IMG/VR virus record: IMGVR_UViG_3300025030_000074
Coordinates: 1-64,000 of that record
DNA length: 64,000 nucleotides
Origin: a virus
Strand: one strand, 5' to 3'
The notes below the pieces were generated by a model. That model ran no database searches and was not told where the DNA came from. It worked only from the letters and a program-made list of their open reading frames with translations. The position numbers and the translations under genes were made by a program. Positions 50,725-61,100 of this stretch are shown here, piece by piece; positions within the stretch are counted from its first letter, which is position 1, and each line of letters opens with the position of its first letter.

Positions 50725-51252
50725 ATGAAAGAAATATTATTAAAAGAAGGAGATGTAATAAAGCTAGAAAATGGAATGACAATTTATACGAAGATTCCTG
50801 AAATGTTTGTTTATGCAAACAGAAAAACAAGTAAGAAACTTACTGAAAGTGATGTTATCATAGGAAAAACATATTCAAACAAAACAAATATCATTGATAA
50901 CGTAAGCAATGTTATAGAAGCCATAACAGAAAGTTTTAACAGTGAAGGCTTTAACTTAAGTAGAAAAGATGCTAGGAAATTTGTTTTAAACAAGATAAAG
51001 ACTGTTGGAAAAAAGAAATTTACTGTTGATGAAGGGAAATTCGTTGTTACTAAAACTTTATATGAAGGGGGTGGAACAGGAATGGGACCTCATGATATTT
51101 ATCCTGATGGACATAGAATTTATTGTAAAAAGTTAAAGAATGATAAATTTGATGAAGATGGAACAGAAGTAAACTTTTACCAAAATGGTTGTTTCACCGC
51201 AGTAATATCCAATATTAAAGTAATTAGAACTATGAAAATGAAATTTGTTTAA
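50725..51252 (+). CDS. conserved phage hypothetical protein
   Basis: GGGTGMGPHDIYPDGH...FYQ.G.F. Confidence 0.65.
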   Translation: MKEILLKEGDVIKLENGMTIYTKIPEMFVYANRKTSKKLTESDVIIGKTYSNKTNIIDNVSNVIEAITESFNSEGFNLSRKDARKFVLNKIKTVGKKKFTVDEGKFVVTKTLYEGGGTGMGPHDIYPDGHRIYCKKLKNDKFDEDGTEVNFYQNGCFTAVISNIKVIRTMKMKFV

Positions 51253-51383
51253 TTTTAACAAAAAATGACAATAAAAGAAAAGAGAAAATATGTTTTAGAC
51301 ATAATTGAAACTTGAGACAATGAATGTATTGAAGATGAATACAACGAACTTATAGCTGGTAAATACATTAAAAAGAAGAAAAA

Positions 51384-51641
51384 ATGATTACAATTAAAAT
51401 CTATACGGAAAAAACTTATTACCTAAACAAAAGTGGTGATAAAGAATATTTAGATGGAGGAGAAGATGATAAAACTTTAATCAAAGCAGCAATACTTACA
51501 GGAAAAGGATTAAACACAGAGGAAGAATATGTTTGTTCTGTTTATGGAGAAACAAAAAAGGAGGCAGAAAAAGCATTTAAAAATTATTTAAAAGCAAACT
51601 TAAATCACCCACTAATATCACGAACAGAAACATTAAAATGA
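51384..51641 (+). CDS. hypothetical protein
   Basis: 85-aa ORF. Confidence 0.55.
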   Translation: MITIKIYTEKTYYLNKSGDKEYLDGGEDDKTLIKAAILTGKGLNTEEEYVCSVYGETKKEAEKAFKNYLKANLNHPLISRTETLK

Positions 51642-51642
51642 A

Positions 51643-52674
51643 ATGGACTTCAAAAACATACGATATCCTCCAGAAGACTATTTTCTTACTGCTAAAAATA
51701 TCTTAAAAAGAATTACGGAATATGATATATTCAGATACTACACAAAAAGTGACTTTGAAATAGGAAAACCTTTCTCAAGTCCTTTAAGAGAGGACAAAAA
51801 TCCATCTTTTTCAATTTATTCTAATAGAAGAAACAAGTTAATGTTTAAAGATTTTGGAACAGGAACTTATGGAGATTGCTTTAGATTTGTTCAAAAAATG
51901 TATAATGTAGACTTTAAAGAATCCTTAAGAATAATAAGTTGCGACTTTAATTTAAATATGGGTAAGTTATCAAAGGAAGAAATAAAATCAGTAATACCAT
52001 TGATAGGACTGAAACCTATAATCAAACGAAAGTCTATATTAGAAATTGTATCACAGTCTTTTACACATACAGATTTTATGTATTGGAAACAATATGGAAT
52101 ATCTATAAATACCTTACTGAAATTTAGAGTAAACTCTTGTAAGCAGGTTCTTGTAAACGGAAATCCTATTGCCTTTTATAGAAAGAATAATCCAATATAT
52201 TCTTATACTCTTTCCAGCGGATATAAAGTATATAGACCTTTTTCAAAAAAATATAAGTGGTTTTCATCAAAAACAGATTCCAGATTTGATCACGATATCC
52301 AAGGTATGAAAGAACTTCCTAAAGAAGGGGAACTTTTGGTGATTACCAAATCCCTTAAAGACGTTATGGTATTAGATACTTTTAAAATACCAGCCATAGC
52401 ACCTCATTCTGAAATTTACTTAATAGAGATAGAAAATATGGAATCTCTAAAAAAACGATTCAAAAGAATTGCTGTCTTATACGATATAGATAAGACAGGT
52501 TACATTTTTTCGGAAATGCTATGCGATATGTACGATTTAGAAAGAATTTTTATAACAGATGAATATTGTATATTTAACAAGACTGGAAAAGAGATAAAAG
52601 ATATTTCCGATTATAGAAAAGAAAATGGAACAAAAAAAACGAAAGAATTATTGAATAAAATATTATGTTTTTAG
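51643..52674 (+). CDS. DNA primase (crAss-type, TOPRIM)
   Basis: SPLREDKNPSF, KDFG, GDCF, ITKSLKDVM, YDIDKTG, KDISD. Confidence 0.88.
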   Translation: MDFKNIRYPPEDYFLTAKNILKRITEYDIFRYYTKSDFEIGKPFSSPLREDKNPSFSIYSNRRNKLMFKDFGTGTYGDCFRFVQKMYNVDFKESLRIISCDFNLNMGKLSKEEIKSVIPLIGLKPIIKRKSILEIVSQSFTHTDFMYWKQYGISINTLLKFRVNSCKQVLVNGNPIAFYRKNNPIYSYTLSSGYKVYRPFSKKYKWFSSKTDSRFDHDIQGMKELPKEGELLVITKSLKDVMVLDTFKIPAIAPHSEIYLIEIENMESLKKRFKRIAVLYDIDKTGYIFSEMLCDMYDLERIFITDEYCIFNKTGKEIKDISDYRKENGTKKTKELLNKILCF

Positions 52675-52875
52675 ATGAATGTACAGATAAAGAGATAAAA
52701 GATGCAGCAATGAGGTTGTTCAATTCAAACGAAGAACATCATGAATGCTGGGTAGAAGAACCAGAGGTTAACAGACAATTAGGAGTAGTTATTCTTTCTG
52801 TTACAGAAAGTAAAGAGGGTCCTATTTGGGAAGAAGTTATAAGTTTTGAAGATGTTAGCCCCTTTATAAAGATAG

Positions 52876-53454
52876 ATGAAAAAGATTATGAGTGATGATA
52901 TAGTAATAGAAATTCCTGAATTCATTACCCATGTAGTTTTATCCAAAAATAGAAGAATAAAATACAAAACCGATAAGAAGGGAAAACTAGTTATAGCTAA
53001 TCCAAGAACTGCGGGAAAAGAAAGAAAATGGAAGATTAATGGACAGTCTCTGTACTCAGGAATGAATCATTACTTACGTTCAAAAGTCATAAAGGAAATA
53101 AAGAAGTACCTATATGAATATATAAGACCTATTCCCGTAATAAATGAATTTCCTATATGCATAGAATTAATAATCTACGATACAGAGGGGGTTTTTAACA
53201 AAAAAGGAATCCTTGTAAGCAGTTGGGATTTAGGAAACAAAGAGTTTATATGGATGAAATGCTTTGAAGATGCTTTATGTGGAAACGTAGATTTTCATTT
53301 AGAAGGAGACAAATATGTTCCTCAAAAAGATAAGTATCCAGCGAAGATTAAAGATGACTCCATAGAATTTATATCAAGAAGAGTTTGTTCTTTTATAAAA
53401 GTAGCAGATTCAAAAGACAGAAAATTAGTTTTTAAAATTAATAAAACAGAATAA
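52876..53454 (+). CDS. RusA-like Holliday junction resolvase
   Basis: DLGN...K.FEDAL...IKDDS. Confidence 0.65.
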   Translation: MKKIMSDDIVIEIPEFITHVVLSKNRRIKYKTDKKGKLVIANPRTAGKERKWKINGQSLYSGMNHYLRSKVIKEIKKYLYEYIRPIPVINEFPICIELIIYDTEGVFNKKGILVSSWDLGNKEFIWMKCFEDALCGNVDFHLEGDKYVPQKDKYPAKIKDDSIEFISRRVCSFIKVADSKDRKLVFKINKTE

Positions 53455-53864
53455 TGATAAACAGAAATTATAAAGTAAAGGATTTAGTAGGAAAAAATGT
53501 TAGAATAATTGATAATAGAGCAGGTCATGGAATTCCTTTAGGAACTGTATTTCAAATTTATAAAACTTCTATACCCAATCCAGAAAGTTTTATCACAGAT
53601 TCTACTCAACTTTATGCTCCTACTAACATTTCTCTGTGTTATTTTAGGTTATCGGAAGTTGAATTTGCAGAAGATACCATAGCAAGTATTAAAAAAAGTA
53701 TATCAGAATTAACAGATAAACTTAAATTTATGGAAGAATCCCATATAGAAACTTTTGATGAAAAAAAATATAAAATCTACAAATTGACAAAAATAATGGA
53801 AGATAAAAAATTAAGTAGAGAAGATAAGAGTAATGCAATATACGATTTTACGGAATCTTTATGA
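53454..53864 (+). CDS. hypothetical protein
   Basis: 136 aa with an SH3-like N-terminus. Confidence 0.55.
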   Translation: MINRNYKVKDLVGKNVRIIDNRAGHGIPLGTVFQIYKTSIPNPESFITDSTQLYAPTNISLCYFRLSEVEFAEDTIASIKKSISELTDKLKFMEESHIETFDEKKYKIYKLTKIMEDKKLSREDKSNAIYDFTESL

Positions 53865-54961
53865 AAAGTATAGAAAAAGAAATAGAAAAAGAACCTAAAG
53901 AAAACTATTACGACATAAAAGCAGTAAGCAGCACTTCTCTTGGATGGTTTGAAAGAAGTCCAAAACTTTACAAACGATTAACAGATGGAGAAAGAGAAAA
54001 AACAATTTCTTCTTACATGAAACTAGGAACTGCTATTCACTCTGCAATCCTAACTCCAGAAAAATTTAGAGAAAATTATATAAGAGTACGTGACAAGATA
54101 ACAGGAAAAATGGGAATCTATGTGGAGGCTTTTGTTGATGTATTAGTTTCTGGGGTTTCAGAAGAAGCTGCCCATGAAATAGCATATATGAAGGCAGAAT
54201 ACAAACTTCCTCCGGAAACTGTTATGAAATCTTTTGATACAGAAGAGATAAAATCCTATGTTAGATTCCTTTACAACAACGCAGGTAAAACGTTTCTTAA
54301 TGAAGAAGAATGGAAAACTGTTGAAACTTGTAAGGAATCTGTGTTAAAACATAAAGAAGTATCCAGAATTTTTGATACATCAAATTTAGAATTAGAATCA
54401 TATACAGAACAAGAAATATATTGGAAAGAACCAGAAAGTTCCTTAGATTTAAAATCTAAAATAGACAGAATAGTAGTAGATAATGATAAACAAGTCATAT
54501 ATCTAATTGACATAAAAAGTACCTCAAAAGATGTACATATTCACAATAGAACTCCTGCTTTTATTTCTGCCATAAAGCAGTTATCCTTTTATAGAGATGC
54601 TGTTGGTCAATGGTTTTGGAAACTTCATAACATGGACGCTTTTATAGACTATAAACTTCCCAACAGAAATAAAGTAGGTTATAGTATAATACCATATATC
54701 ATAACAGTTCAAACAACAGAAGATTTTGAAACTGTAATATATCAAATTGATAATGAAATTTTAGATATAGCTAAAGAAGGAGGAATAATAAATAGTCCTT
54801 CTTCAGAGCTCTTTTCTAAAATAAGAGGATTTATGGATATTTTGAAGGATATTGAGTGGCATAAGAAAAATAATTTGTGGGAATATCCAAGATACTACTA
54901 TGATAATGATGGTATAGTACGTTGTAATGCAAGAGAAAACAGAATTAAAGGACGTAAATGA
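53861..54961 (+). CDS. RecE/exonuclease VIII-like PD-(D/E)XK nuclease
   Basis: SSTSL...P, LGTAIHSAIL, KSKIDR, IDIKST, QLSFY. Confidence 0.85.
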   Translation: MKSIEKEIEKEPKENYYDIKAVSSTSLGWFERSPKLYKRLTDGEREKTISSYMKLGTAIHSAILTPEKFRENYIRVRDKITGKMGIYVEAFVDVLVSGVSEEAAHEIAYMKAEYKLPPETVMKSFDTEEIKSYVRFLYNNAGKTFLNEEEWKTVETCKESVLKHKEVSRIFDTSNLELESYTEQEIYWKEPESSLDLKSKIDRIVVDNDKQVIYLIDIKSTSKDVHIHNRTPAFISAIKQLSFYRDAVGQWFWKLHNMDAFIDYKLPNRNKVGYSIIPYIITVQTTEDFETVIYQIDNEILDIAKEGGIINSPSSELFSKIRGFMDILKDIEWHKKNNLWEYPRYYYDNDGIVRCNARENRIKGRK

Positions 54962-55505
54962 AGAAGTTAAAGTAAAAGAAAAACCAAAGAGAAAGAAGAC
55001 AAAAGCAACTTCTTTTATACTTCCTATGTTGGGAAAATCCATATACTTTTTTAACTCTTATCTTCTTAACTGTTATGTAGGAGATAAGGAACTTATAGAA
55101 AAGTATCCGAATCATATCTTCGTCTTATTAAAGATTGAAGATAAAGAGGAATATAGGACGATAAAAAAGGAAATGGAAAGTTTGAAAACCTTTATTGAAA
55201 GTTACAATCCTATGGAAAATAAAACAGAGATGTTTATATTTTCTATACCAAAGATATACAAAAAGGATTATGAACTTTTTTTAAGGGGAAAATATTCAGA
55301 ATTTTCCAACAAATTAAAAGAAGAGGTTATGGTATTAAATAAAGTAAATAAAGACAGCGTAATTTATGCTGCATTTACTAGAGCGACTTGGCTTAGGAAA
55401 AATTGGGAAGATCAATTAAACTGTAAGATTCCATATTATCAAGAAGTCTTGTCAATTCCTAACCTTAAAAATGAGATTTATAATAACAAAAACTTTATAT
55501 TTTAA
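54927..55505 (+). CDS. conserved crAss-like replication-region protein
   Basis: FILPML, DYELFL.GKYSEFS. Confidence 0.6.
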   Translation: MQEKTELKDVNEEVKVKEKPKRKKTKATSFILPMLGKSIYFFNSYLLNCYVGDKELIEKYPNHIFVLLKIEDKEEYRTIKKEMESLKTFIESYNPMENKTEMFIFSIPKIYKKDYELFLRGKYSEFSNKLKEEVMVLNKVNKDSVIYAAFTRATWLRKNWEDQLNCKIPYYQEVLSIPNLKNEIYNNKNFIF

Positions 55506-55506
55506 C

Positions 55507-55541
55507 AAGGAAGGGGTATTATATTGCCCCTTCCTTAATTT
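55507..55541. terminator. hairpin terminator
   Basis: Inverted repeat AAGGAAGGGGTA/TGCCCCTTCCTT. Confidence 0.65.
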
Positions 55542-55543
55542 AT

Positions 55544-56017
55544 ATGAAAACAAAAAATAAATACGTATTTTATGATGGTCAACAAATACTTATTCCAAAT
55601 AAAAAAAGTATAGGAAAACCAATAGGAGAATCTAAGATTATAAAGAATGCAGTAGGAAGAGGAAATAATTTTTTATATTTATATATTGATGATAAACACA
55701 CAGGTAAACCAAAATATTTTCTTTCAAACTTATGCAATATAGATTTTCAAATAACTAGATCAATGAATACTTTTAAAGAAATAGTTGAAGAAGAGATAGC
55801 AGATGAATTTTCAAAAGAAGATTTAACGCCTCTTAGTGTAATTGAGAATCCTTTACCTTATGTATTAAATGAGGATACAGAACCCAGAATTAGTACTAGT
55901 TCTACCGGACATTCCAATGGTTATACTATTAGTTCCGACTGGTTTGATAGAACAGTAGAAACATTAAGGGCATCCACATCAACACAAATAAATCAAAATG
56001 AAAATACAAATAGGTGA
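55544..56017 (+). CDS. hypothetical protein, paralog of 55998..56273
   Basis: Shared G..I.IPN.KS.G..I....IK.A.....LY. Confidence 0.6.
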   Translation: MKTKNKYVFYDGQQILIPNKKSIGKPIGESKIIKNAVGRGNNFLYLYIDDKHTGKPKYFLSNLCNIDFQITRSMNTFKEIVEEEIADEFSKEDLTPLSVIENPLPYVLNEDTEPRISTSSTGHSNGYTISSDWFDRTVETLRASTSTQINQNENTNR

Positions 56018-56273
56018 TAAAATAGAAATCCCCAATAGAAAATCGAAGGGAGTTTCTATATCAAAATGTGGAGCAATAAAAAGGGCTATAAATATGGAAC
56101 AACCTTATTTATATGTAATTAAAATTTTACCTGAAAATTTATTAGTATTAAATGATGTTAACTTTCCCGATAAGAAAAAAGATTTAAAGGGGTCATATTT
56201 TTTAATGAATGAAGTCAAAAAATGGAAAAAGAAAAGAGTTAAAAAGCCACAAAAGAGAACAAGAAGAACTTGA
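55998..56273 (+). CDS. hypothetical protein, paralog of 55544..56017
   Basis: Same shared motif. Confidence 0.6.
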   Translation: MKIQIGDKIEIPNRKSKGVSISKCGAIKRAINMEQPYLYVIKILPENLLVLNDVNFPDKKKDLKGSYFLMNEVKKWKKKRVKKPQKRTRRT

Positions 56274-56351
56274 AGAATATTTATTAAGCAAATTAAGAAG
56301 TAAAGCTGTCGCCACCCATTGGAAAAATGGAAGAGAATCTAAAAATGATTT

Positions 56352-56933
56352 ATGCATAAAATAGGGGATTTAATAATAGCTGTAGAAAGTTATAGTGTTG
56401 TAAAACCTGGAGAAATAGGACGAATAGTAGATATGACATTACCTACTTCTAATATAAGTTCAATGTTCGTTGTACAGTTTAACAATCATATTGGTAATTT
56501 GTACTTTTCCACTTTAGATTTTACTAAAAAGATAAAGGATATTGTCCTCAATACTTCTGAAATATCTGATCAGATTAAGACAACAGGTTTTCTAAAAAAT
56601 ATAACCTCTATAAACCTTATTGTTGAATACGACAATGACTTTTACCTTTATAAACAGATGGGTCAATTTTTTAATACCTATTATGAAAATTTAATTTGTC
56701 AAAAGTTAGGACAAGTTAGTTGGTATCCTATAAAAATAGACGAAATAAAAAGATTCATATACTTAGATAACAATGAAGATAAAAAACTCTTTAAATCCTT
56801 TAAAGTAGGAGATTACGCTTATTATGAAGGAAATAAGGCTACAATTATGAACTTAATAGGAAAAAAGGCTTCTATATTACTTGATGGATCTGTTAACATG
56901 ATAATAATAGAAAGAAAATATCTTAAATCGTAG
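56352..56933 (+). CDS. SH3/KOW-like protein (NLIGK family)
   Basis: MHKIGDLI...FKVGDY...ATIMNLIGKK. Confidence 0.6.
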   Translation: MHKIGDLIIAVESYSVVKPGEIGRIVDMTLPTSNISSMFVVQFNNHIGNLYFSTLDFTKKIKDIVLNTSEISDQIKTTGFLKNITSINLIVEYDNDFYLYKQMGQFFNTYYENLICQKLGQVSWYPIKIDEIKRFIYLDNNEDKKLFKSFKVGDYAYYEGNKATIMNLIGKKASILLDGSVNMIIIERKYLKS

Positions 56934-57054
56934 TTATTAACTAACATATTTATTAACAATTAAAACTTAAAATTATAACAAAAAGACTTGAAGCATTTTT
57001 AACAGAGGAAGATAGATTAGTATTGACTTTACAAGAAATAGAGGACTGGACACA

Positions 57055-57674
57055 ATGAATATAAACAATTTAAAACCTAATAGTCCGCAGGAAAACCATA
57101 AAATATGGTTCACTGCGGACACTTAGCGCACTACTGGCATAAAAATATAGCAGGTCCAAAAGTAAGTGTTTGGAAAGATGGATATAGAGGCTTTGAAGAT
57201 GAAGTAGAGATGTCTCATCATATAGTAAAAGTCTTTAATCAAACTATGAAAGAGGAAGATATCCTTTACCATCTTGGAGATTGGTCTTTTGGCGGAATTC
57301 AAAATATTTGGAACTTTAGAAAACAATTAAGAATTAAAACAATTCACCTTATTTTAGGTAACCATGATCAACATATAAAAGGAAACAAAATACTTCCAGA
57401 GATAATTATTCCAGCAAGAAGTATATTTACATCTGTTCAAAATGCATTAGATATTGTTATTGATAAACGGGAAATATTTATGAATCATTATCCCTATGTA
57501 ACATGGCCACATAAAGATAAAGATGCCATAATGTTATGCGGGCACATACATGGAAAGATGAATAAAGAAAACATCGGTAGTGGGAGACTTGATGTGGGAA
57601 TAGATTCAGCAAAACTTATACTAGGAGAATATAGACCTTTCTCTTTAGAAGAAGTTATTAAACTAACACATTAA
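57055..57674 (+). pseudogene. metallophosphoesterase interrupted by 5 extra nt (57124-57128) in the DxH motif
   Basis: ATG 57055 gives ...KIWFTADT, then TAG-CG, then HYWHKNI in another frame. Downstream HLGD, GNHD, HYP, GHIHG and DVGID are intact. Confidence 0.8.
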
Positions 57675-57676
57675 CT

Positions 57677-57952
57677 ATGAAAGCAATACTTGAATTTGAT
57701 TTAGATAATCCAGATGAAGAAATGGCGCATAAAAGAGCTTGTAAAGCTCTTGATATGGCTTGTGTATTATTTGAGATAGAGCATAATTTAAAGAAAAAAT
57801 GTGAATACAAAGTAGAAGAAAATAGAAGAGAAACTGGTGAAACATTACAAGTTCCAATGCTTAATCCCTCTGATGGAATAGATTTAGTTTTTAATGAAAT
57901 AAGAAATCTCTTTGAAGAGAATAATATTAACTTAGAAGAAATAATTAACTAA
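57677..57952 (+). CDS. hypothetical protein
   Basis: 91 aa; last gene of the plus-strand block. Confidence 0.65.
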   Translation: MKAILEFDLDNPDEEMAHKRACKALDMACVLFEIEHNLKKKCEYKVEENRRETGETLQVPMLNPSDGIDLVFNEIRNLFEENNINLEEIIN

Positions 57953-57957
57953 ATAAT

Positions 57958-58077
57958 AAAGCAACAACAAGTAACTAAACTAATAACCTTAAGCGCCATC
58001 GTGGGAAAGCTGAGGTGACATACGTAGGTCTTCCTGTTTAAAAAGAGAAGAAGAAATTGAGGAAAGTTGTTGCTTTA
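57958..58077. other. structured element at the convergent block boundary
   Basis: 11-bp closing stem AAAGCAACAAC/GTTGTTGCTTT with internal hairpins. Confidence 0.5.
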
Positions 58078-58118
58078 TTATAATCTAAATCTAAATAAAC
58101 TGTAAAAACAATAGATTT

Positions 58119-61100
58119 CTATAATATTCTACTAAAAGCTTTCAGCGCCTCATCCGGATCTTTAATTGCCTTCAACTTAACCCATATTGGAATCATCTCT
58201 TGGGCTCTTGCTTTGAGCTTATTGTATCCCTTTGGCCACTTTCCAGTATTTCTTTGAAATTCCTCCCCCGGATGAGCAAATTGGACTAAAAGTTTTCCTG
58301 CAGAATTAATAATCCCCTGGGTGGCTACTGGACTTTTAATTATCTTAAAAGTTTCATAAGGATTAAACCAGAATGATAATTCTGCTGCAAGACGCCTTGA
58401 TTGATATCTTATAAATTTATAAGACCAATTCTTTTTATCGTCATCATCATCTCCAGACATTAATAAATATGTAGACCATGCAAGGATTATGACAGCAGTG
58501 TCCACTACAGTAGCTAGAATCGCTTTTCTTTCTGTAGGAGTCATAACTGTCCATCTCATATCGATCTCTTGTTGTATCCTAAATAGATTATTCCAATGAT
58601 ACTTGACAAATCTAGCAGAAATAGGATAATGTCCCTCTTCCCATCTAGCAGATTCCTGGTTAAACGTTCTTTTTAACCAACGTCTTCCCCACCTTCTATT
58701 AAAACCCGGCATAATCCAAGATCTAAACAGCATAATAGGTCGTATAAGAGTATATCTGTTTGCTACGGGCCTATCAAAAGCATTTCTTATACCTTCTATT
58801 TGAGTTCTGGTAGCATGAATACGATTTCTCAAATCCTGTAAGTCTTTTATTCTTATAGTATAACCCTCTCTTGGACTGTGTTCAAAATAGGCAATGTTTT
58901 TATCAAGTTTAATTCTTCCTTTACTATCGGTAGCATGAAGAGCTTCCCAGAGAGTTTTATCCTTTCCAGCATCATTCTTAAATACCCTTCCATCTTTATT
59001 ATATACCTTAAAGGTTTTTAATACCGCTATCATAAAAGTAACAGCTAAATCATGGTCGGTTCCAGATTGTATAAATAATGCTCCGGGAGTCCTTCTTACA
59101 AAACTTGCAGTCTTAAGATTTTTAAAATCTTGTTCAGTATGTCTCGCAGGATCAATCATTTGAACAATTTGTCCTATTATAGTTTCAGGAACAGCTTTTC
59201 CCATATCAGAGAAAAAGTTATGCATATTAGCAAAATAGGCTACCTCTGCCTCCGCTAAAGTAGTAGGAGTGGCAAATTCCTTTCCAAAAGTCTCTGTCCA
59301 CGCATGCATTTTACCCCTAACCAAGTCAGTTGTAGCTTGAAAAATATTACCACCTAGCATCAAAGCAGATGTATAACTTAATGCTAAATCTACCCATTTA
59401 TCTACTTTAGTTCTGGTTTCTCTAGTTCTTCCATAAAAATTAGATTCAATAAATGCTTTAAAATGTTTCTGTATATTAGACTCTTCATGCTTACTCTTAA
59501 GCTCTTTTCTCTCTAAACCAAATACCTTAGCCGCTCTTTCAAATATATTTCCTTCCTTGGGAAATCGCCTTGCTTCCATAGTATCTCTCATAGAATCAAC
59601 AATATCTGCAAATCCAGCTTTATGTTTATATTCTATTGCTGCACCAACATACCTTCCTATTGAACCAAATAAATCATAGGAGACATCTTTTGCATCTATA
59701 TCAAAATTATAGTAGATAGGGATAAGGTTATCGTCACCAGATGCCATAGGACCATATATCATCTCATCTCTTTCGGTTTTTTGAATAGTTTCATTATACC
59801 ATTCTTTAACCATGGCTATAGGACCTTCAGTAAACAGTTTAGCTCGTGAAGTTTTATAGATAGCGGGTAAACTAAATCCTCTTCTAGCATCTTCTGAATA
59901 CACCTCTTGATGTTCAAGATACAAATTAGTGATATAATCAAGGTATTCTCTTTCAGGAGCACTTAAGGACTCAAATCTCTTATTACTGTATTTTTTGCTA
60001 TCAGGTTCAGTAAGAAAGTTCTTAGCAATATATTCTATTCCTTCATATTCTATCTTAAACTTGCTTGCCAAATCATATACTTCTCCCGTAGCTTGCCTAC
60101 CATTACGTTCCATCCATAGTTTAAATCCAAGAGTATCCGCTCCTCCAAATTCCTTTTTCTTTGCATCAAGAACTTCTTTCCAATCCTTTCGTAATATAGT
60201 ATTTTTTTCATACCATTGAGCCGCTTTCATCTTACGTTTTCTTGTAGAACCAATATTCTCAATCGAACTATACATGTTTTGTTCGGCTTTATTGAATTTT
60301 GTCCAATCTAAAGCAGAAAGAAGCGAAGGTCTTACTTTAGGTTCATATTTACCCTCTTTCTCGTTCCATTGATAATCTACTACTTCATCTATTAAACTTC
60401 CATAAATAGCCTCAGGAGTTTGGTCTCTGAATTTCTTCATAGAGGATATAAACTTCTTAGTCTTTTCTTGAAGGTCGGCTATAACAGGTACTTTCTCATC
60501 TGTAGCTTCATAAAGCATCTTCTTCATACTTTTAGCAAAAGCAGCGAACACAACATCATCTGATCCAATAGCTTCATCAAGATAGAGCATTGCAGAAGTC
60601 TCATCTCTATCAGCAATAACAAATTGTTCGGTAAACTTTTCAAGATCTAATTTCTCATCTTCAGTTTTAGCGCTTCTATTTAATTCTTCATGAGGAACCT
60701 CTTCCCATAGTATTTTTGCCTGAAGAGGAATACCTTCTTCAAGATAGGATTTCTTTAGCTTGGGATAGGTGGCATTTATATAATCTAATGCGGCTAATAT
60801 GTCCTCTTTCAAGTCTTCTTTCTTCATATTTCCCAATCTGATCTGCTTATCTATAAAAGACCCAAGTTCGGGAAATACATCTTCATAATGCTTTAGAAAG
60901 CTTCTAATATCTCTTAGTTTTCCTATCTTTGCTCTACCATTTAAGGTTGTACTATTTACTGTTTCATTAAATCTGTCCACAGTTTTCTTGGTATCTTCAA
61001 ACGCTTTTTCTATAAATGCACCCATTCCTTCAAAATCCTCTATATCTTTAAGAGTCTCTAAAAGCTGTCCATACTTTTCTGAAGCTTCAAACTTTTTCTT

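Noticed and set aside
51265-51387. Small ORF with an in-frame TGA at 51313
   Set aside because: An isolated case, best explained as a TGG-to-TGA mutation or a non-gene rather than recoding.
57105-57128. ATG 57105 as the true phosphoesterase start
   Set aside because: It omits the WFTAD motif, which is encoded in the upstream frame from 57055.
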